Shown: positions 25,485-38,986 of the stretch, piece after piece | Numbering within the stretch: the first letter of the stretch is position 1 | Layout: every line of letters starts with the position of its first letter | DNA from: Paramecium tetraurelia | Lineage: Eukaryota | Direction: 5' to 3' | DNA length: 64,000 bases | Assembly (NCBI GenBank): GCA_000165425.1 | Contig: CT868074.1 | Coordinates: forward strand, 186,001 to 250,000 | Notes under the pieces: model-generated | The model's input: only the letters and a program-made list of their open reading frames with translations | Told to the model about the DNA's origin: nothing | Database searches by the model: none | Made by a program: the position numbers and the translations under genes

Positions 25485-26565
25485 TCAATTACTTTGTTTA
25501 AATAAGGGAATATCCACTCTGTAACATCCTGCAGAATCATCTTCTTACTCATCAAAGTTGTTATCCAAGTCTTTATTGAACTTAATAGTCTTTTTGCTTG
25601 GATAATATTTTGTATTCGTGATAATTTTGCCTCTTACTGTCTGAATACTTCTCTTCATTGGTTTCTCTTGGATCAATTCTTTTGATAACTTCTTAAACTT
25701 ATTATATTGATATTCCTCAATATAGTACTTAAATTCTTAATCATGTTAGAGATCTTTTGAATCATTGTACATTTAATATTTTAATTGCATATCGGATACA
25801 TATAAAAACTGATAAACATCCAAATTCTTGTTTTTCTCTATTGAATCCTACAGGAAATAGTCAGGCAACAACTACTTATCTGATGTAATTAATTTTTAAC
25901 TAATCATACGTAGGTCATCAAGAAAAGATAAACACAAAAGAGTTCGAAAGAATTGATTCTTATTCATCTTCTATTTTATTTCTTCATAATACACTGAACG
26001 ATCCTTATCTTTGTTAATTGAATATGTTAGTAATAGTTCTTTAAGACAATTTGCCGCTTCAATAACCATGATGCAATGTTCATTATTTGGCTTTAAATCT
26101 AGACATTTGATGAGCCTGACAATGTTCGCTTTTGGAAAATTAGTTAATCTTTTTTTCTATTCAGTCTTATTCCTTACAAAAACCATAATACCTTTTTCAA
26201 TTGCCTTTTTAAAGATTTGTTATGCTCTACTAGTTAATAAATAACATGATATTCTTAAAGTACTATTAAATAATATACTTAAGTCCGCTTCTTTGAACAA
26301 ACTTTTCAAGTGTGGATGACATATCACATCGACATTCAATAATAGTTTACATCAAAATTTATAAATTATTGGATTCTATTTCAGGTTTAGGACAGCAATA
26401 ATCCTAGTAAATCTATTTTAATTCGTAGGGTATGTCAATCTTTATATCATGAAGTGTTTCCAATTATTAGGCAATCAGAGGCCACCTTAAGACTTACTTT
26501 TAGCTTTCAACAAAGTATTTTAAATTTTTTCTTAGTTCTTCATTTTCTTGAAACATCTTTTTCAT
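25485..26565 (-). CDS. Uncharacterised Myb/SANT-like family protein, paralog B
   Basis: LRWPLIAQQLETLHDIKIDIPYELK; LLCLSFLDDLRMI; LLPDYFLQDSIEKN; QTVRGKIITNTKYYPSKKTIKF; same intron position as paralog A. Confidence 0.75.
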
Positions 26566-26685
26566 GATTTTTTTATATTTAAATCAAATGTCATAAAATG
26601 TACTATTTAATTTAATTAATTAGATTTATTTAAATAAAACAATAACTATTATTATTTCTTGTTATAAATATAATAAAGTTAAAAT

Positions 26686-26916
26686 AATATTGGTTATTTG
26701 ATATTAAATAAAAAGATAAAAAATATCGGTACCGGGATTTGAACCCGGAATGACAGGGTGAAAACCTGTTGTTTTACCGCTTAGACTATACCGATCTTAT
26801 TTATAATACATTAATAAAATAATAAGTTAAAAAATTTAACCTTATTATTACATTCCCTTATCTAAAATTTTTAAAATCATTCAATAAATTACATTAATAT
26901 ACTAAATCAAATTCTC
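26686..26916. repeat. 231-bp direct duplication, copy 1 (contains tRNA-Glu)
   Basis: Matches 36103-36333 at a constant offset of 9417 bp; I see only two substitutions. Confidence 0.95.
26724..26795 (-). tRNA. tRNA-Glu (anticodon TTC)
   Basis: ATCGGTA/TACCGAT acceptor; ACAGG-TTTTCAC-CCTGT anticodon arm; CCGGG-TTCAAAT-CCCGG T arm; 72 nt; T6 Pol III terminator immediately downstream (A-run at 26718-26723 on +). Confidence 0.92.
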
Positions 26917-28012
26917 AATGATATTTAAAAAATAGTTTAAATAGATTAGAATACACCAAAAATACAATAATCTCTCCTTAAATATGTATCTTTATCAGAT
27001 CAAATTATTCAAATTTCTTTAAATCAAAAAAATTTTATACATTTGCTACAGGCAGTCATAATGTTACTTCCAACTACTATAATCACATTTTGATAAAAAA
27101 TAATAATAAAACAATAATAACAGAATTGTTTATATTTACTGAAATCAGTCTACGAAACTTGATTCACAAATTAGGGTTTTTATTCAAATAAATTAACTGA
27201 TTTTTTATGTATTGCACAAGCATTAATTCTAAATTCAGAATTTTGAACACCTTTACAGTAATTATATAAGGGTTTGTTAGTATAAATCAAAATTTCTACT
27301 TCTTTTGAAATTCCTGATAGATTTCGTTGCAGTTTTAAGATGTAATATATTTTGATTTGTTTCAACACTTCAAACCAAATCATTTAAAAAACTATAATAA
27401 TATTATGTTTTAATTTAAATTAATCATTTGAGTTTTAGGTGATGAGAATATTTGTATATAAGGGTAGGGAGTATTCTTATCCTTATTTATAAACATTATC
27501 TTTATTTCATATAAGTGCCTGTAATAGTAATTATTTTTCTCCAAATTTTTACCAATTTCTTTTTTTAGTTGTAGTTGTTATCTACTTAAAAATTACCTAA
27601 TTCTAAATCTTCATATTGTGTTATCTATTTAGAATTGTTAAAAGTAGCTCCTTATACCTTGTTTTCATTTCCTCAATATATTGGATGAACAAAAACAATG
27701 CTGTTTCTGTCACTTCTTGGAATAGATTACCATAAGGAAGGGACTGCATAAGCTCTTGATCTTTCACTAATAAAACTAAGAGTCTTAGAATGGAATTGTA
27801 TCAAAACCTGAAAAGTGTCATTAAGAATTCTTTTTATTAAAGTGTTATTTCAATTGATCTTTAATTTAATGTGATTTATGGAACTATTTGTAAGAGTAAT
27901 GAACAATGATATTTGGAGAGAGATGGAGATAGTGGTTAGATATTAAATATCATTATCATATTATAAATATTCAATGTACATGTATAATATAATGTATGTT
28001 TTATTTAACTTT

Positions 28013-28562
28013 TCATAACCTTCTTCCTCTTCTACCTCCTGGTCTTCTAGTAGAATCGGTTGGGATAGGAGTAACATCTTCAATTCTACCGATTTTGAGT
28101 CCCAAACGAGCCAAAGCTCTTAAAGCAGCTTGAGCACCTGGTCCTGGTTGTCTGGTATCGACACCTTGGTATATGGGATGGATGTAATACCTCCTCTTGC
28201 TCTTAATTTAATATGCAAAGCGTTAATTTTGAGTGTTTTCAACTTTTCATAAACATCTTTGGCTGCTTGCATGGCTGCATATGGTGAAGATTCTTCTCTG
28301 TCAGATTTGACTTTCATTCCACCAGTGACTCTAGCCAATGTTTCTCTGCCTGTCAAATCGGTGATATGAATGAAGGTGTCATTCCAAGTTGACAAGATGT
28401 GAGCTACTCCAAATACTAATTCATTTCCTGCAACATTTGGTCCCAAAGTAGCAACAACTTATTGAGTTGTTTCTTCTCCGGTTTTCTTTCCCTTCTTTCC
28501 TTTTGGTTATTAAACAGGTTATTCTTTTTTGTCAGCCTTAATTTAATTGTTATTGTTACCAT
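28013..28562 (-). CDS. RPS14: 40S ribosomal protein S14 (uS11)
   Basis: [49 protein letters not shown]...[16 protein letters not shown]; intron right after the ATG and a second near 28166-28190. Confidence 0.97.
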
Positions 28563-28687
28563 TCTCTAAAAATTAATTTAAATCTTTTTAATATAAAAAA
28601 TAGAAATCCTGCAATTATTTAATTAATATAGACACACTCTAAAAACAAAACAAGGCACTCAACACTCAATAATAATTATTAAAATAA

Positions 28688-29416
28688 ATGAGCGAAGAAG
28701 AGAAGATCAATAAAATCAGTTCCAATACAGTGAATGAATTAGTGAAGAATGATAAATATGGTCATTTAATTTAACTCTACCTTAAGAAAGATCCCACAAG
28801 GTATTACCATACTCCACCCTATTATAGAATTAAAAAGTATAATAGCATTCAAAAAGGCAATAAAATATACCATGTCAATCAAGATGTGGCTGTCTGTGCC
28901 TTAAATGATGATATCTATTCAGCTAAATCTCAATTAAAATCTACTGCATCAAGGATCCCTCAGACACTTTCATTCCCATCGTTTAAGTTTAATGGTAATT
29001 CTCTAATCTCCATCCCTTAGGTATTACTCTAAATTAGGATCTTAAAAATTGATTAGAAACTGTTTAAATGCATTTCTGATAAAGAACTCTTCTTTTCTAC
29101 TCATTCTGAATATTTACCTGCAAACAAAATACAAGTTGGAATCAAAATCCTCACTTTCGAAGAATACTCTGATCTTGAATTCGAAGAGGAAACAATCTTT
29201 TTCAGTAGAGCTGCCATAGATCTAGATTCAATGGAACCCAGACCTAATATTAAATTATGGAAAAAGAGTTGTGTTTGTTAATTGCCTTAAAACCCTGATC
29301 TGTAGATGATTCAGTGTGATGAATGTGATAACTGGTATCACTTGGATTGTGTAGAACTTTAAGATCAAGACATCACTAAGATTGATAAGTATTTATGTCC
29401 AAGATGCAATAAATGA
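28688..29416 (+). CDS. BAH-PHD chromatin reader (EBS/SHL-like); frame disrupted twice in this sequence
   Basis: YSAK..IYC...VQVQWYY...ELFFSTHSEY (BAH) and CVCQLPQNPDLQMIQCDECDNWYHLDCV...YLCPRC (PHD). Frameshifts are needed near 28930 and 29035-29050. Confidence 0.8.
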
Positions 29417-29461
29417 TTTTTCATATAAACAACATTTTTTATTGTACTAAATATGTATATA

Positions 29462-30029
29462 TCATTCTGCAGCAAATTTGTTTTAGGTTTTCTTGGTTCT
29501 CTAAGCCTTGTTCTTCTCTCTTCTGTCGTTTTATTCTTTCTCAATCTTGTCAACTCTGACCTTCTCTTATTTAGTTTCATGAATTGCCTCGATCAACACC
29601 TTCTTGTTCTTATATTGATTACCTTTTGAAGCCAAATAGAATTCGTGATATCTACTTAATTAACATTCATTACTATTATCTATCGATTTTCTTTGCTGCT
29701 CTGTATTTTCTAAGTAATCTTCTCAAAACTCTTTGTCTTCTGATCCAAAGAACTTTGGTTGGCATTCTTGCCTCTCTTGTACCTCTTCTCTTACCAGTAC
29801 CAGTGTGTCTACCTCTTCTCTTTGCTTCAAGGAATCTTCTTGCTCTAGCTCTTGAATGAATTGTTCTCAATCTTCTCATAATCAAACCATCTTTAATTAA
29901 TTTTCTAATTGACATTCTTGAATTTGCAAGACTGATTTCACTTGCTTCATTTGGGTCTAACCAAACTCTGTTAACACCAACCTTTAATTAAGTTGAAGCT
30001 AATCTTTTTTGGAGTCGAAGGTTTACCAT
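29462..30029 (-). CDS. RPL19: 60S ribosomal protein L19 (eL19)
   Basis: [27 protein letters not shown]...[18 protein letters not shown]...[24 protein letters not shown]; one tiny intron. Confidence 0.97.
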
Positions 30030-30275
30030 TAAAAAATAATATCTAAATTTTTAAATTTTTTCACATGCAATCACATTATTTATAGAAAAACTAAATATTT
30101 TACATTCCTCTATTTATCCAAACTATCTCCTATATCTCAATATAAATCCTATCAATTTGATATTTTAAACCTTACATCAAAAAATATTTAAGAAAGTCCA
30201 CTATTTATGGTCTTTACTCAACTTTCATTTATATTTTCCAACTACTGCTGATTTTTTAAAGAAAACCTTATATAG

Positions 30276-31393
30276 ATGAATGAAAATTTGAAAACTACTC
30301 TCCACATTCCTTTAGTTTCTTGTTATAAATATATTCCAACGTCGAAACACCAGGAACACCAAATATGCCTTAACAAAAAGTATCATTCTAAAAATAGCTA
30401 TCTGATACAAAGAACTATATAGAACCACTTTATGAATACAATCTCAAAATTGGCTAATATTATTTTTGTTAGTAATTTGCATGAAAATACTAATTTACCT
30501 AAAAGCTTAGGCAATTTTTTGGATTTTAATTCAAATCGAAGAGATCATGAAACTTTGCAATCTATAGATAATTACGCTCAATGTCCCAAATAATAGAACT
30601 GAGAGGAGGTATAATTGTAAATATCAATTTATTATCTAGGAAAATATGGGGGGTTCTCTTAATCTTACAATTCATTAATGGTTTGGAACTTTGACTGGAA
30701 AGGTTATTTAAATCTAAAAAAATTGTTTTAAATCAAGAGTAATTAAACTGTTAGATGTGCATCCAATAGAAATACAAAAATTAACGGCGTACTGATATTT
30801 TTAAGAGAATTAAAAAAACAAGAGAATTGTCATTTATTGCGTGGAGAACTTTGAAAGATAAGAAATTACCTGAATTTTAAAATAATTAAATGAATTTTGA
30901 TTATCCAAAATCTGAATTTCAAACTCCTTAGAAGTAATTTTTTGTGAGGTCCTAACACAAACACAATTCGAGTCAGCCTCAATTAGGATAATACTTTCGA
31001 GATGTACAAGAACCTAAAATGAATCTAACTAAGGTAGGGTAAGAGAGTTTAAAAAAATGGGATTTCTTCTCTGATCCTTTTAGTCTACCTGAGAAATATT
31101 TAATTAGTCCACAAAACAAAATAAAGACTGAAACAACTGATTTGGGATATGATAGCCTTGATTTTATGTTGGGAAAATAAACCGATAGATACAGCTCAGG
31201 ATCTCTTCAAGCACTGCATTAATAAACCTAATCAGAGAAAATAATTGGTAAAAAGGTCTAGTTTTCTGAGTTAGTCTCAGTAAAGAATGATGATGGAAGC
31301 GAATCTGAAGAACCTATATAAAAGCGATCAAGACAGAAGGCAAGAAAAAGTAAGTTCTCAATGAAAAGTTAGAGGTCAATTATACAAGATTGA
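30276..31393 (+). pseudogene. Hypothetical gene with several apparent frame disruptions (pseudogene or low-quality assembly)
   Basis: Coding-like stretches (YSNVETPGTPNM; KKWDFFSDPFSLPE; KKVQFSELVSV) lie in different frames, and not all can be joined by tiny introns. Confidence 0.4.
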
Positions 31394-31563
31394 ATTTACG
31401 ATACTTAATTTTCAAAGCCAATTTATTTATTAACCTGTCATCATTGTTCTTTGTAAACAATCTTATAAATGTTCCCATTATGTAGAGTTAAAATATAAAC
31501 TGATTCATTTTTTCATTCTTTTGATTAACTCATTTATATAAATAATTAGTATTGTAGTATTCT

Positions 31564-33192
31564 ATGCATAAACAGGGCAAGAGGTTGCAGTTAGACTTTT
31601 TAAAATAGTCACCAAGAAAGTTTTAAAATTTAACTAATCATACTTAAGAAAGTGAATTATAATCTGATCAATATGGCCTAGTCCAAACTAGATTTGAGAA
31701 TTCTATGTAAATGAACATCAAAGAACATGTTGATTAACTCTTCGTATCAAACATCTGTCCTATTTTAGAACATTCTAAAATCAATAAAAGATGATTTAAA
31801 GCTAAGTCGAGATGACATGAATATTATAAAGAACGATTTATAAAAAATGAAGTCTAATCAATGTAGAGATGAAGATCGCTTTACTAAGGCTCTTCTCTAA
31901 GATGTATTCATTTAAATGCTAAATAGTTGAACAAACAGAAAAATGAATTAAAGAAATTACAAATTGCCACATCAACTGCTTATGGAAGTCTTAACTAACA
32001 AATCTCCTCACTATAGAATGACAAGGATTTCATCAAAGATCATTCTATTCAAGTGGAATTGGATACTTAGTTGATTGAATCCGATATTGGATTTAGGAGA
32101 ATATATGATATATGATAGAAATAATTAATATTATTTAACAGATACAGGTTAATTTTTAGCGATAAATGTATCTCGAATAACTTTAATGTTATGAGGATAA
32201 TCAATATTATAATCAATCTATCAAATCAACTTAGCAATACTTTGTATAGTCCATTGCCTCCTTGTAATCAAGACAATCTATTGGGTCATTCAAACTCGAA
32301 CTAGAATAATTTATAGGATTATTGTAGAAATTTAAACTATCCAAACATAAAATTATCTCTCTCTTATCGTGAGTACTGAGTAAGAAGAGTATTATAGTTG
32401 CTAACAAAACAACCTTAAGATAAAAATCAAATTATGCTTGAAGGTTATCAAAAGTGTTTCTTAGGAGCAGTCAAAGCCATTGATCAAGTGGTTACTAATC
32501 CTAAAGATCATAAGTCTATTAATGAAAGTTTAGAGAAAATGTAAATGATTTATGTATTACTATTAGATCTATTAGATTTATTCATATTTAGAGTTACTAA
32601 GGAATGGAAAAAATCTGTAAATCTATCAAACTGTTCAAAATAAACATTGATTGATGCTGATTAAGAGATTTCTTTATTATACAATCAAATTTAATAACAA
32701 TAACTGCACATACAAAAATTATAGTGTTAATTGAATTATGTGCAAATTAATTTCAATTAAGAAGGATTAAATTATTTGGATTTATACAGTAACATAAAAT
32801 CTTATAACAAACTGTAAAAAAAAACTACTAACTTAAGCATTTAATTTTGTTGGCCAATAAATAATTTGAATCAATACAAGAGAAACTACTATCAACTGAG
32901 GATGAATTAAATCAAGTATTATAATAATAGAGAACTCAAATAAAACAAATAGTTAAAGCAAATAAAAGTCTAAAGAGAGGTCATTAACAAATTTTGAGAT
33001 CAAATCAATAATAAAGCACATCTCCACTTAATAGAAATACTCATAATTAAGAGAATTAATCACATTAATCTAATAACTCTACAATATCTTTTAATTAATT
33101 TAAGAATTATGCCAAAGAGTCAATTAAAGGAAGTCACTCTTCTCAAAAGACAAATTTCACCAAGAGAAGCTAAATTTATGAATGAATTATGA
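31564..33192 (+). CDS. Hypothetical coiled-coil protein
   Basis: MHKQGKRLQLDFLKQSPRK..., long Q/K/E-rich frame after removing tiny introns (e.g. the 25-nt intron at ~31744-31768). Confidence 0.6.
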
Positions 33193-33584
33193 AATTATAT
33201 TACTATATAATTTTATTGAATTTATAATATTTTAATTAATGTTACAAAAATCATAAAAAACAAAAATTATCAAAATACTTCTTTTTATAACCATTATTTA
33301 TAGGTTTGATCATATACTATGAATATTTCATTTAAAACTTTAAAACAATAAGGATTACTAATTTTTTCAATATTGTGAGGCATGTTTTATCATTATTCTG
33401 CTAAATCTTCTATTTTGATTCTAATGTCTTACATATAGGTATAAGCTTCATTAATATTGTGTTTCATGTAAGAGTATGATTATATTTGGAAAAAAGAGTT
33501 TATCAGAAAGAATTAGTAAGGAATTATAAATGCAACAATAATTTTTTCTTTTATAATAATAAATCTATACACACTTAAAAACAT

Positions 33585-34406
33585 ATGCACATTAAGACCA
33601 CTCTTTTGAGTGAAGGATCTTCATCATATGTTTTCCTTACAGAGGATCCTAATTATGTGATGAAGGTATTTAAATCGATACACCCTGTCTAAGCGAGAAT
33701 ATAGGAAGCGTAAATTCTAGAGGATCTCAAAAGTGATCATGTTGTAAAACTAATCACTTTTACAGACGATTACTTGATATTGGAAAGACTAAGACCTTAG
33801 GATTTGTTCGAAGTGGTAAAATCCCAAAATCTAAATCATTAATTAATTAAGGAAACATGCAAGACTTTGATAAGGATAATAAATGATATTCATAAGATGC
33901 AAGTGGTTCATCGCGACATTAAATTAGAGAACATTCTAATCGACAATACTGGAAAATTAGTTTTATGTGATTTTGGATTTGCTGAATAGTTATCAAGTTG
34001 CTCAGTCAATAGAACTGTGGGTACTTTGAATTATATGGCTCCAGAATTACATTAAGAATCTTTACTGGGGGGAAAGAACAGTGAAAAAATAAATACACAA
34101 ATTCTAATTAAATCTGATGTCTTCTCGCTTGGAGTGTCAATTTTCTAAATCATTCTTGGATTTCAACCATTCACTTCAACTAAACCTGGTGCGAATTGTA
34201 AATTATGGAGATTAATATAACAAAAAAAATGGACATAATATTGGACTCTAATTCAAAAATTATCAAAACTTTAAATTGAACCTATTACTTAGAATTTCTT
34301 GGAATCATTCTTATAATCTGATACTTCATCTAGGACCACTCTGGATGAAATATACACGCACCCATTTTTAAATTAAGTATAAGATGATGTACATTTAATT
34401 TTCTGA
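33585..34406 (+). CDS. Ser/Thr protein kinase, intronless, minimal kinase domain
   Basis: VMKVF, HRDIKLENIL, CDFGFA, VGTLNYMAPE, SDVFSLGV, HPFL. Confidence 0.9.
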
Positions 34407-34727
34407 CTTATTTTTATTTGTTACTTTAATTACATTAACTCTATGTAAAAGAATCTATAATAATTTTAAATTTCATAAATAATAATAATGAGAGAGAAAT
34501 AATTATAGAACTTAAAAAAGGTCTAACATTTCTAAATTCAATAGAACAATTGAATTATAAAAACATCTATTTTTATATCTAATTTGAGTATATAAATGTG
34601 ACAAATAAATGAATAAGATTATATTGGTATTCATAAAATTCTAGTTTTTAATTCTTTAATATAATCACTTGGAATAGAGAGATGTGAAGAACATAAAATA
34701 TTAAATCTTTTAATTTTTTTTTTTTAA

Positions 34728-35116
34728 ATGGCAAGAGCATAAAAAGACACAAGACCAATTGCAGATTAAAACACATCAGAAGCAGCATGCACATACGCTG
34801 CACTCATCTTGTATGAAGACAATCAAGAAGTAAAAACTATTATTAAGCGAAGATCAATGCAGCAAAATTGGCTCAAATCATCAAAGCAGCTAATTTGAGA
34901 GTTGAACCAATTTGGACTAAAGTATTCGAGAAGGCACTCAAAGGAAAGAAAGTAGGAGATTTATTACATGGAAACAGCGGAAGTGCTCCTGCTGCTTAAG
35001 TTGCTACAACAGCAGCACCAGTTGCATAATAGACTAAAGCTCCTGAAGCTGCTAAGGAAGTTAAGAAAGCAGAAGAACCCGAAGAAGATGTTGATATGGG
35101 AGGCTTATTTGATTGA
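34728..35116 (+). CDS. RPLP1: 60S acidic ribosomal protein P1
   Basis: EAACTYAALILYED..INAAKLAQIIKAANLRVEPIWTKVFEKAL...Ala-rich hinge...EEDVDMGGLFD*; 23-nt intron. Confidence 0.95.
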
Positions 35117-36102
35117 TAAACACCATCATTCGTACATTAATATTCAAATATTGAATGCAAAGCATCTTTGTAAAGTGAATATTTTCATTACATTCTCGAT
35201 GCAATCTTAAAGTATTTTAAGAAATATACTTAATCTCATTAATTTCAATAAATCTAGGTTCCTTATTCTTAAAACTAATTTATAACATTTTTGATATATT
35301 ATAATACTAAATACATACATCTAATTTACTAAAGAATTTCCTAGATTTATACTAAATAAAAATATATAGACATCATTTTCAACATTTCATTCAGATTTAT
35401 CTTATTGGTTATACTACTACAATATGTTATCTATTTTCTTTTTGATTTTAGCACCTTAGTTCATCACTTTTATTTTTCTAATAGTTGTTTTATTATTCAA
35501 TTGTAAAACTAAAAACCATTGCTCGTCTAAGCATTCAATTTATGAAAACGAATGGAATAATATTCGTACTATAATCTTTGATCATATAATAAATTTAATA
35601 AAGAAAGAAATTCATCTTAGAGTGATATGTACAAGGATCTACTATAAATTTGTTAGATTCTATCATATCCACTTCAATTACTCAAATATTCTTTAATTTT
35701 TGTAAAGGAGGAAACCATAGGATACTAAAAATTTAAACCGATTAATAACTTGAACACTCAAGATGCTTCCCTGACTTTATTCGATATAAAAAAATATCCT
35801 AATTTGGTAACACCACAATGAATGCTTTTATTGTAAATATTTTTCTAATATATTGAATTATCGAAGCAACAGATTAATCACATTTATAACAGCAGTTAAA
35901 TTCACCGAATTTAGGAAACCAATTCATTTTTCTGTTTAAATTTTACATTTTGGTATCTCCTTAATACATTCATAATTGGTGTTTGTGATATTGTATTTTT
36001 TATTCTGTAATGTGCCATTCTAATAATATTAAAAAATGGCTCAAATCTCATTTCTCGCCAAACAACTCTCTTATTTCATTAAATAAATGTATGTAGTTAA
36101 AG

Positions 36103-36333
36103 AATATTGGTTATTTGATATTAAATAAAAAGATAAAAAATATCGGTACCGGGATTTGAACCCGGAATGACAGGGTGAAAACCTGTTGTTTTACCGCTTA
36201 GACTATACCGATCTTATTTATAATACATTAATAAAATAATAAGTTAAAAAATTTAACCTTATTATTACATTCCCTTATCTAAATTTTTTAAAATCATTCT
36301 ATAAATTACATTAATATACTAAATCAAATTCTC
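36103..36333. repeat. 231-bp direct duplication, copy 2 (contains tRNA-Glu)
   Basis: Near-identical to 26686-26916. Confidence 0.95.
36141..36212 (-). tRNA. tRNA-Glu (anticodon TTC), second identical copy
   Basis: Sequence identical to 26724-26795, with the same terminator. Confidence 0.92.
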
Positions 36334-36675
36334 TATAATAACTGCCTATAAATACAAGTTGATGAGCTAAAGTAATATAATGCCTAAATTTGAAAAGTTA
36401 AGTTATTTTATTGGAAAAGCAAATTGAATTATAAAATGAAAAAGGAATAATTGTAATCTTAATTATTAAAGGAAGAATTAGAGTGTATATTTGAGAATGT
36501 CACCTATGAGAAGTGGGAGATGGATAAGAATATTTATAAAATATGGATAAAAATACCTCATTTGGAACAAAATTTTATACAGAAGAATTAAAGATATACT
36601 ATTTAGCTTATCGTTGTTGTACAATAGTTATTTGATAGTAATATTAACAAAAATGACAATCAATAAATATTATAT

Positions 36676-37677
36676 TCAATAAATCTTTTCTCTTGAGTTT
36701 GCTAAACTGCTCAAACCCATTATACCATTAAATAGTTCATATAATTTTTATGTTTCTTTTTGTCTTACTGACATTAGATCTTATCTGACCTTTTCAAATA
36801 AACAAATTATTTACTCTATCTATCTCAGATTTGATTTTGATATCACTTTCCTCCTTTTTATACAAGGATTAGATCTCAGATTTTAATTGATTATTTTCAT
36901 CAGTTAAACTCAAACACTACTCTTCTAAATCTTATAATTTTTAATTTAACTATAAATGACACTCCTTATACTCTTATAATCGTTCCATTTCATTCTAAAA
37001 ATCTTTAGTGATTATAAACTTAAACTCTTCTATTTGTTTATTAATCTCTTATTTGCTTTGTTTCATATCCTAATGAAGTTTTCTCTTTTCTAATTTATAA
37101 TATTTTAATTTTTCTTTTAATTTTTCATTTTCAACCCTCAAAGGTTCACACTAAAATAAAATCTCATCCAATTTTTATATTTCAGTCTTCAATCTACTAT
37201 TCTCTTCTCCCAAAAGGATTAATTGATCTTATGATTGTCTTTATTAATCCTCATTTCTTATACACATTGTCTATAAATATCTAATTATTTTCTTACACTC
37301 ATAGTGTCATTTTCTTATCTTAAATGCTCTATCATGTCCTTCAATTCAATCATATCTATTATCAAGTTATCCTTCTCTTATTGTAGTTTGTTTATTCGAT
37401 AAACTTCCTGCTCCTTTTTTTAAACAGATTTCTGGTACATCTCTTTAAGCTACTCATTCTCTTCCTATAATTCATTTAGTTAGCTTTGCATATCAATGAT
37501 GACTTGATCCTTTTTTAGAAATTCATTTTTTAATAATTCCATCTATCATTAATGAATGGTATGCATTACTTTTTCCCTTTACTCTCTAATGAGATTGATA
37601 TAATACTATTCTTGTTCTATGAATTTCATCTCACTAATCCTAAGAGTCTCATGACTCGATATAAATTAAGAAGCCAT
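36676..37677 (-). CDS. Hypothetical coiled-coil protein
   Basis: MASQFISSHETLRISEMKFIEQ..., E/K/Q-rich heptad-like frame ending in TGA. Confidence 0.55.
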
Positions 37678-37696
37678 TTAAATAATTTAAAATAAA

Positions 37697-38969
37697 TCAA
37701 TTCATCATATGTTTATTCATTTACTCAACTCTGCTAATTGGTCTTTCCAGATTTATGTCGTTTAATTGGGGTTATTTGAGACAAGCGAAACTATCACTTA
37801 TGAGATTTTTTGCGTTCTTTAGGAAACCCCTCTCCCTCGCTTAATCGATTCTTCTTTTCTCTTCATTAGACATTTTTAATATGGTCATAATTGCATTCAT
37901 TAAAATAGTAGCTTCTTTATAATTCCTAGTTTCTTAGTACAAGAAGTATTTGTATACAACATTCTTTAAATATTCAAAATTGGCATTTTTGCTATCTGCA
38001 TCCTCTTTGTTCACATTAATTTGATCTGTCTAGATTTATTTATTTGATATCTATTTGTTTGGAACAAAATCCTATTATTTTAAGGTAGCATCCTATTCAA
38101 AGGGATTAATTTCATCGTAATCAGGTGTTGGAGTTTCATAATTTTTCTGTAATTTATTTTTTTCCAATTCTGCTTACTTTTTAGATTATAATTATTGTTC
38201 TAATTCCTAAATTTTGGTATTCTATTTTTGAATCTCCTCCAGTAATTTATCAGTCTATTATTTTAGCTTAAGTTATTCATTCATAAGATCTGATGAATTT
38301 ATTTTATTAGCTCTATCTGGCTATTGCAATTATAATTCTTGAACCATTAATTAGGTTTTCAAATTTGCATTATCTTCTTCCAATTAATGAAGGGTTTGCA
38401 ATTATGAATTTTTAATTTATATTATGTCATTCAATTCGATAATTTCTTTGGCCAATCGTGTATTATTAACATCTAGATCATTTATCTATTATTTTAGTTA
38501 TTTGATTATTTATTGAGTCTTTTGATCAGTATTTTACCCTTGTTTCTCGATCATTTATCTATATTTTTCTTCTAATTGGAATTTTTCATTGTTAGTTTCT
38601 TTGATTAGATTTGTTAAAGCTTTGGATTTGTCTTCGTCCTTTTGTTTAAGTAAATCAAGTATTTGATTCTGATCAAATTAACCTATTTTTAATAATATTT
38701 TAAACCCAAAGGCTTCTACTCAAATTTGTAAATTTCATCATTTAAGATTGATGAGATAGCTTGGAATAAGGTTTCTCTGTCTTTAGCAATTAGTTTATAC
38801 TCTTTGTAGGTCTAAACATATTTCTCAGATAATTTATCCAATTTTTTAGTGATGGTTTTGTTTTCCTTTATCTTATCATTTATTTAGTATTATATACTTT
38901 ATCTTTCAATTATGACACCAATACTTCTTTACTGAGATCTTCTAAGGACTATTCATTATTTTCTTACAT
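37697..38969 (-). CDS. GRIP-domain coiled-coil protein (golgin)
   Basis: Long coiled coil ending in ANFEYLKNVVYKYF...LMNAIMTILKMSNEEK (GRIP signature). Confidence 0.8.
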
Positions 38970-38986
38970 TTAATTAAAATATAGTA

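Noticed and set aside
31744..31795. Apparent premature TGA in the coiled-coil gene
   Set aside because: Resolved by a canonical 25-nt intron GTATCAAACATCTGTCCTATTTTAG.
36095..36335. Second tRNA duplicate bounded by TA dinucleotides, as a retained IES or mobile element
   Set aside because: The ends do not match the TAYAGYNR IES consensus or form inverted repeats, and TA is ubiquitous at this AT content.
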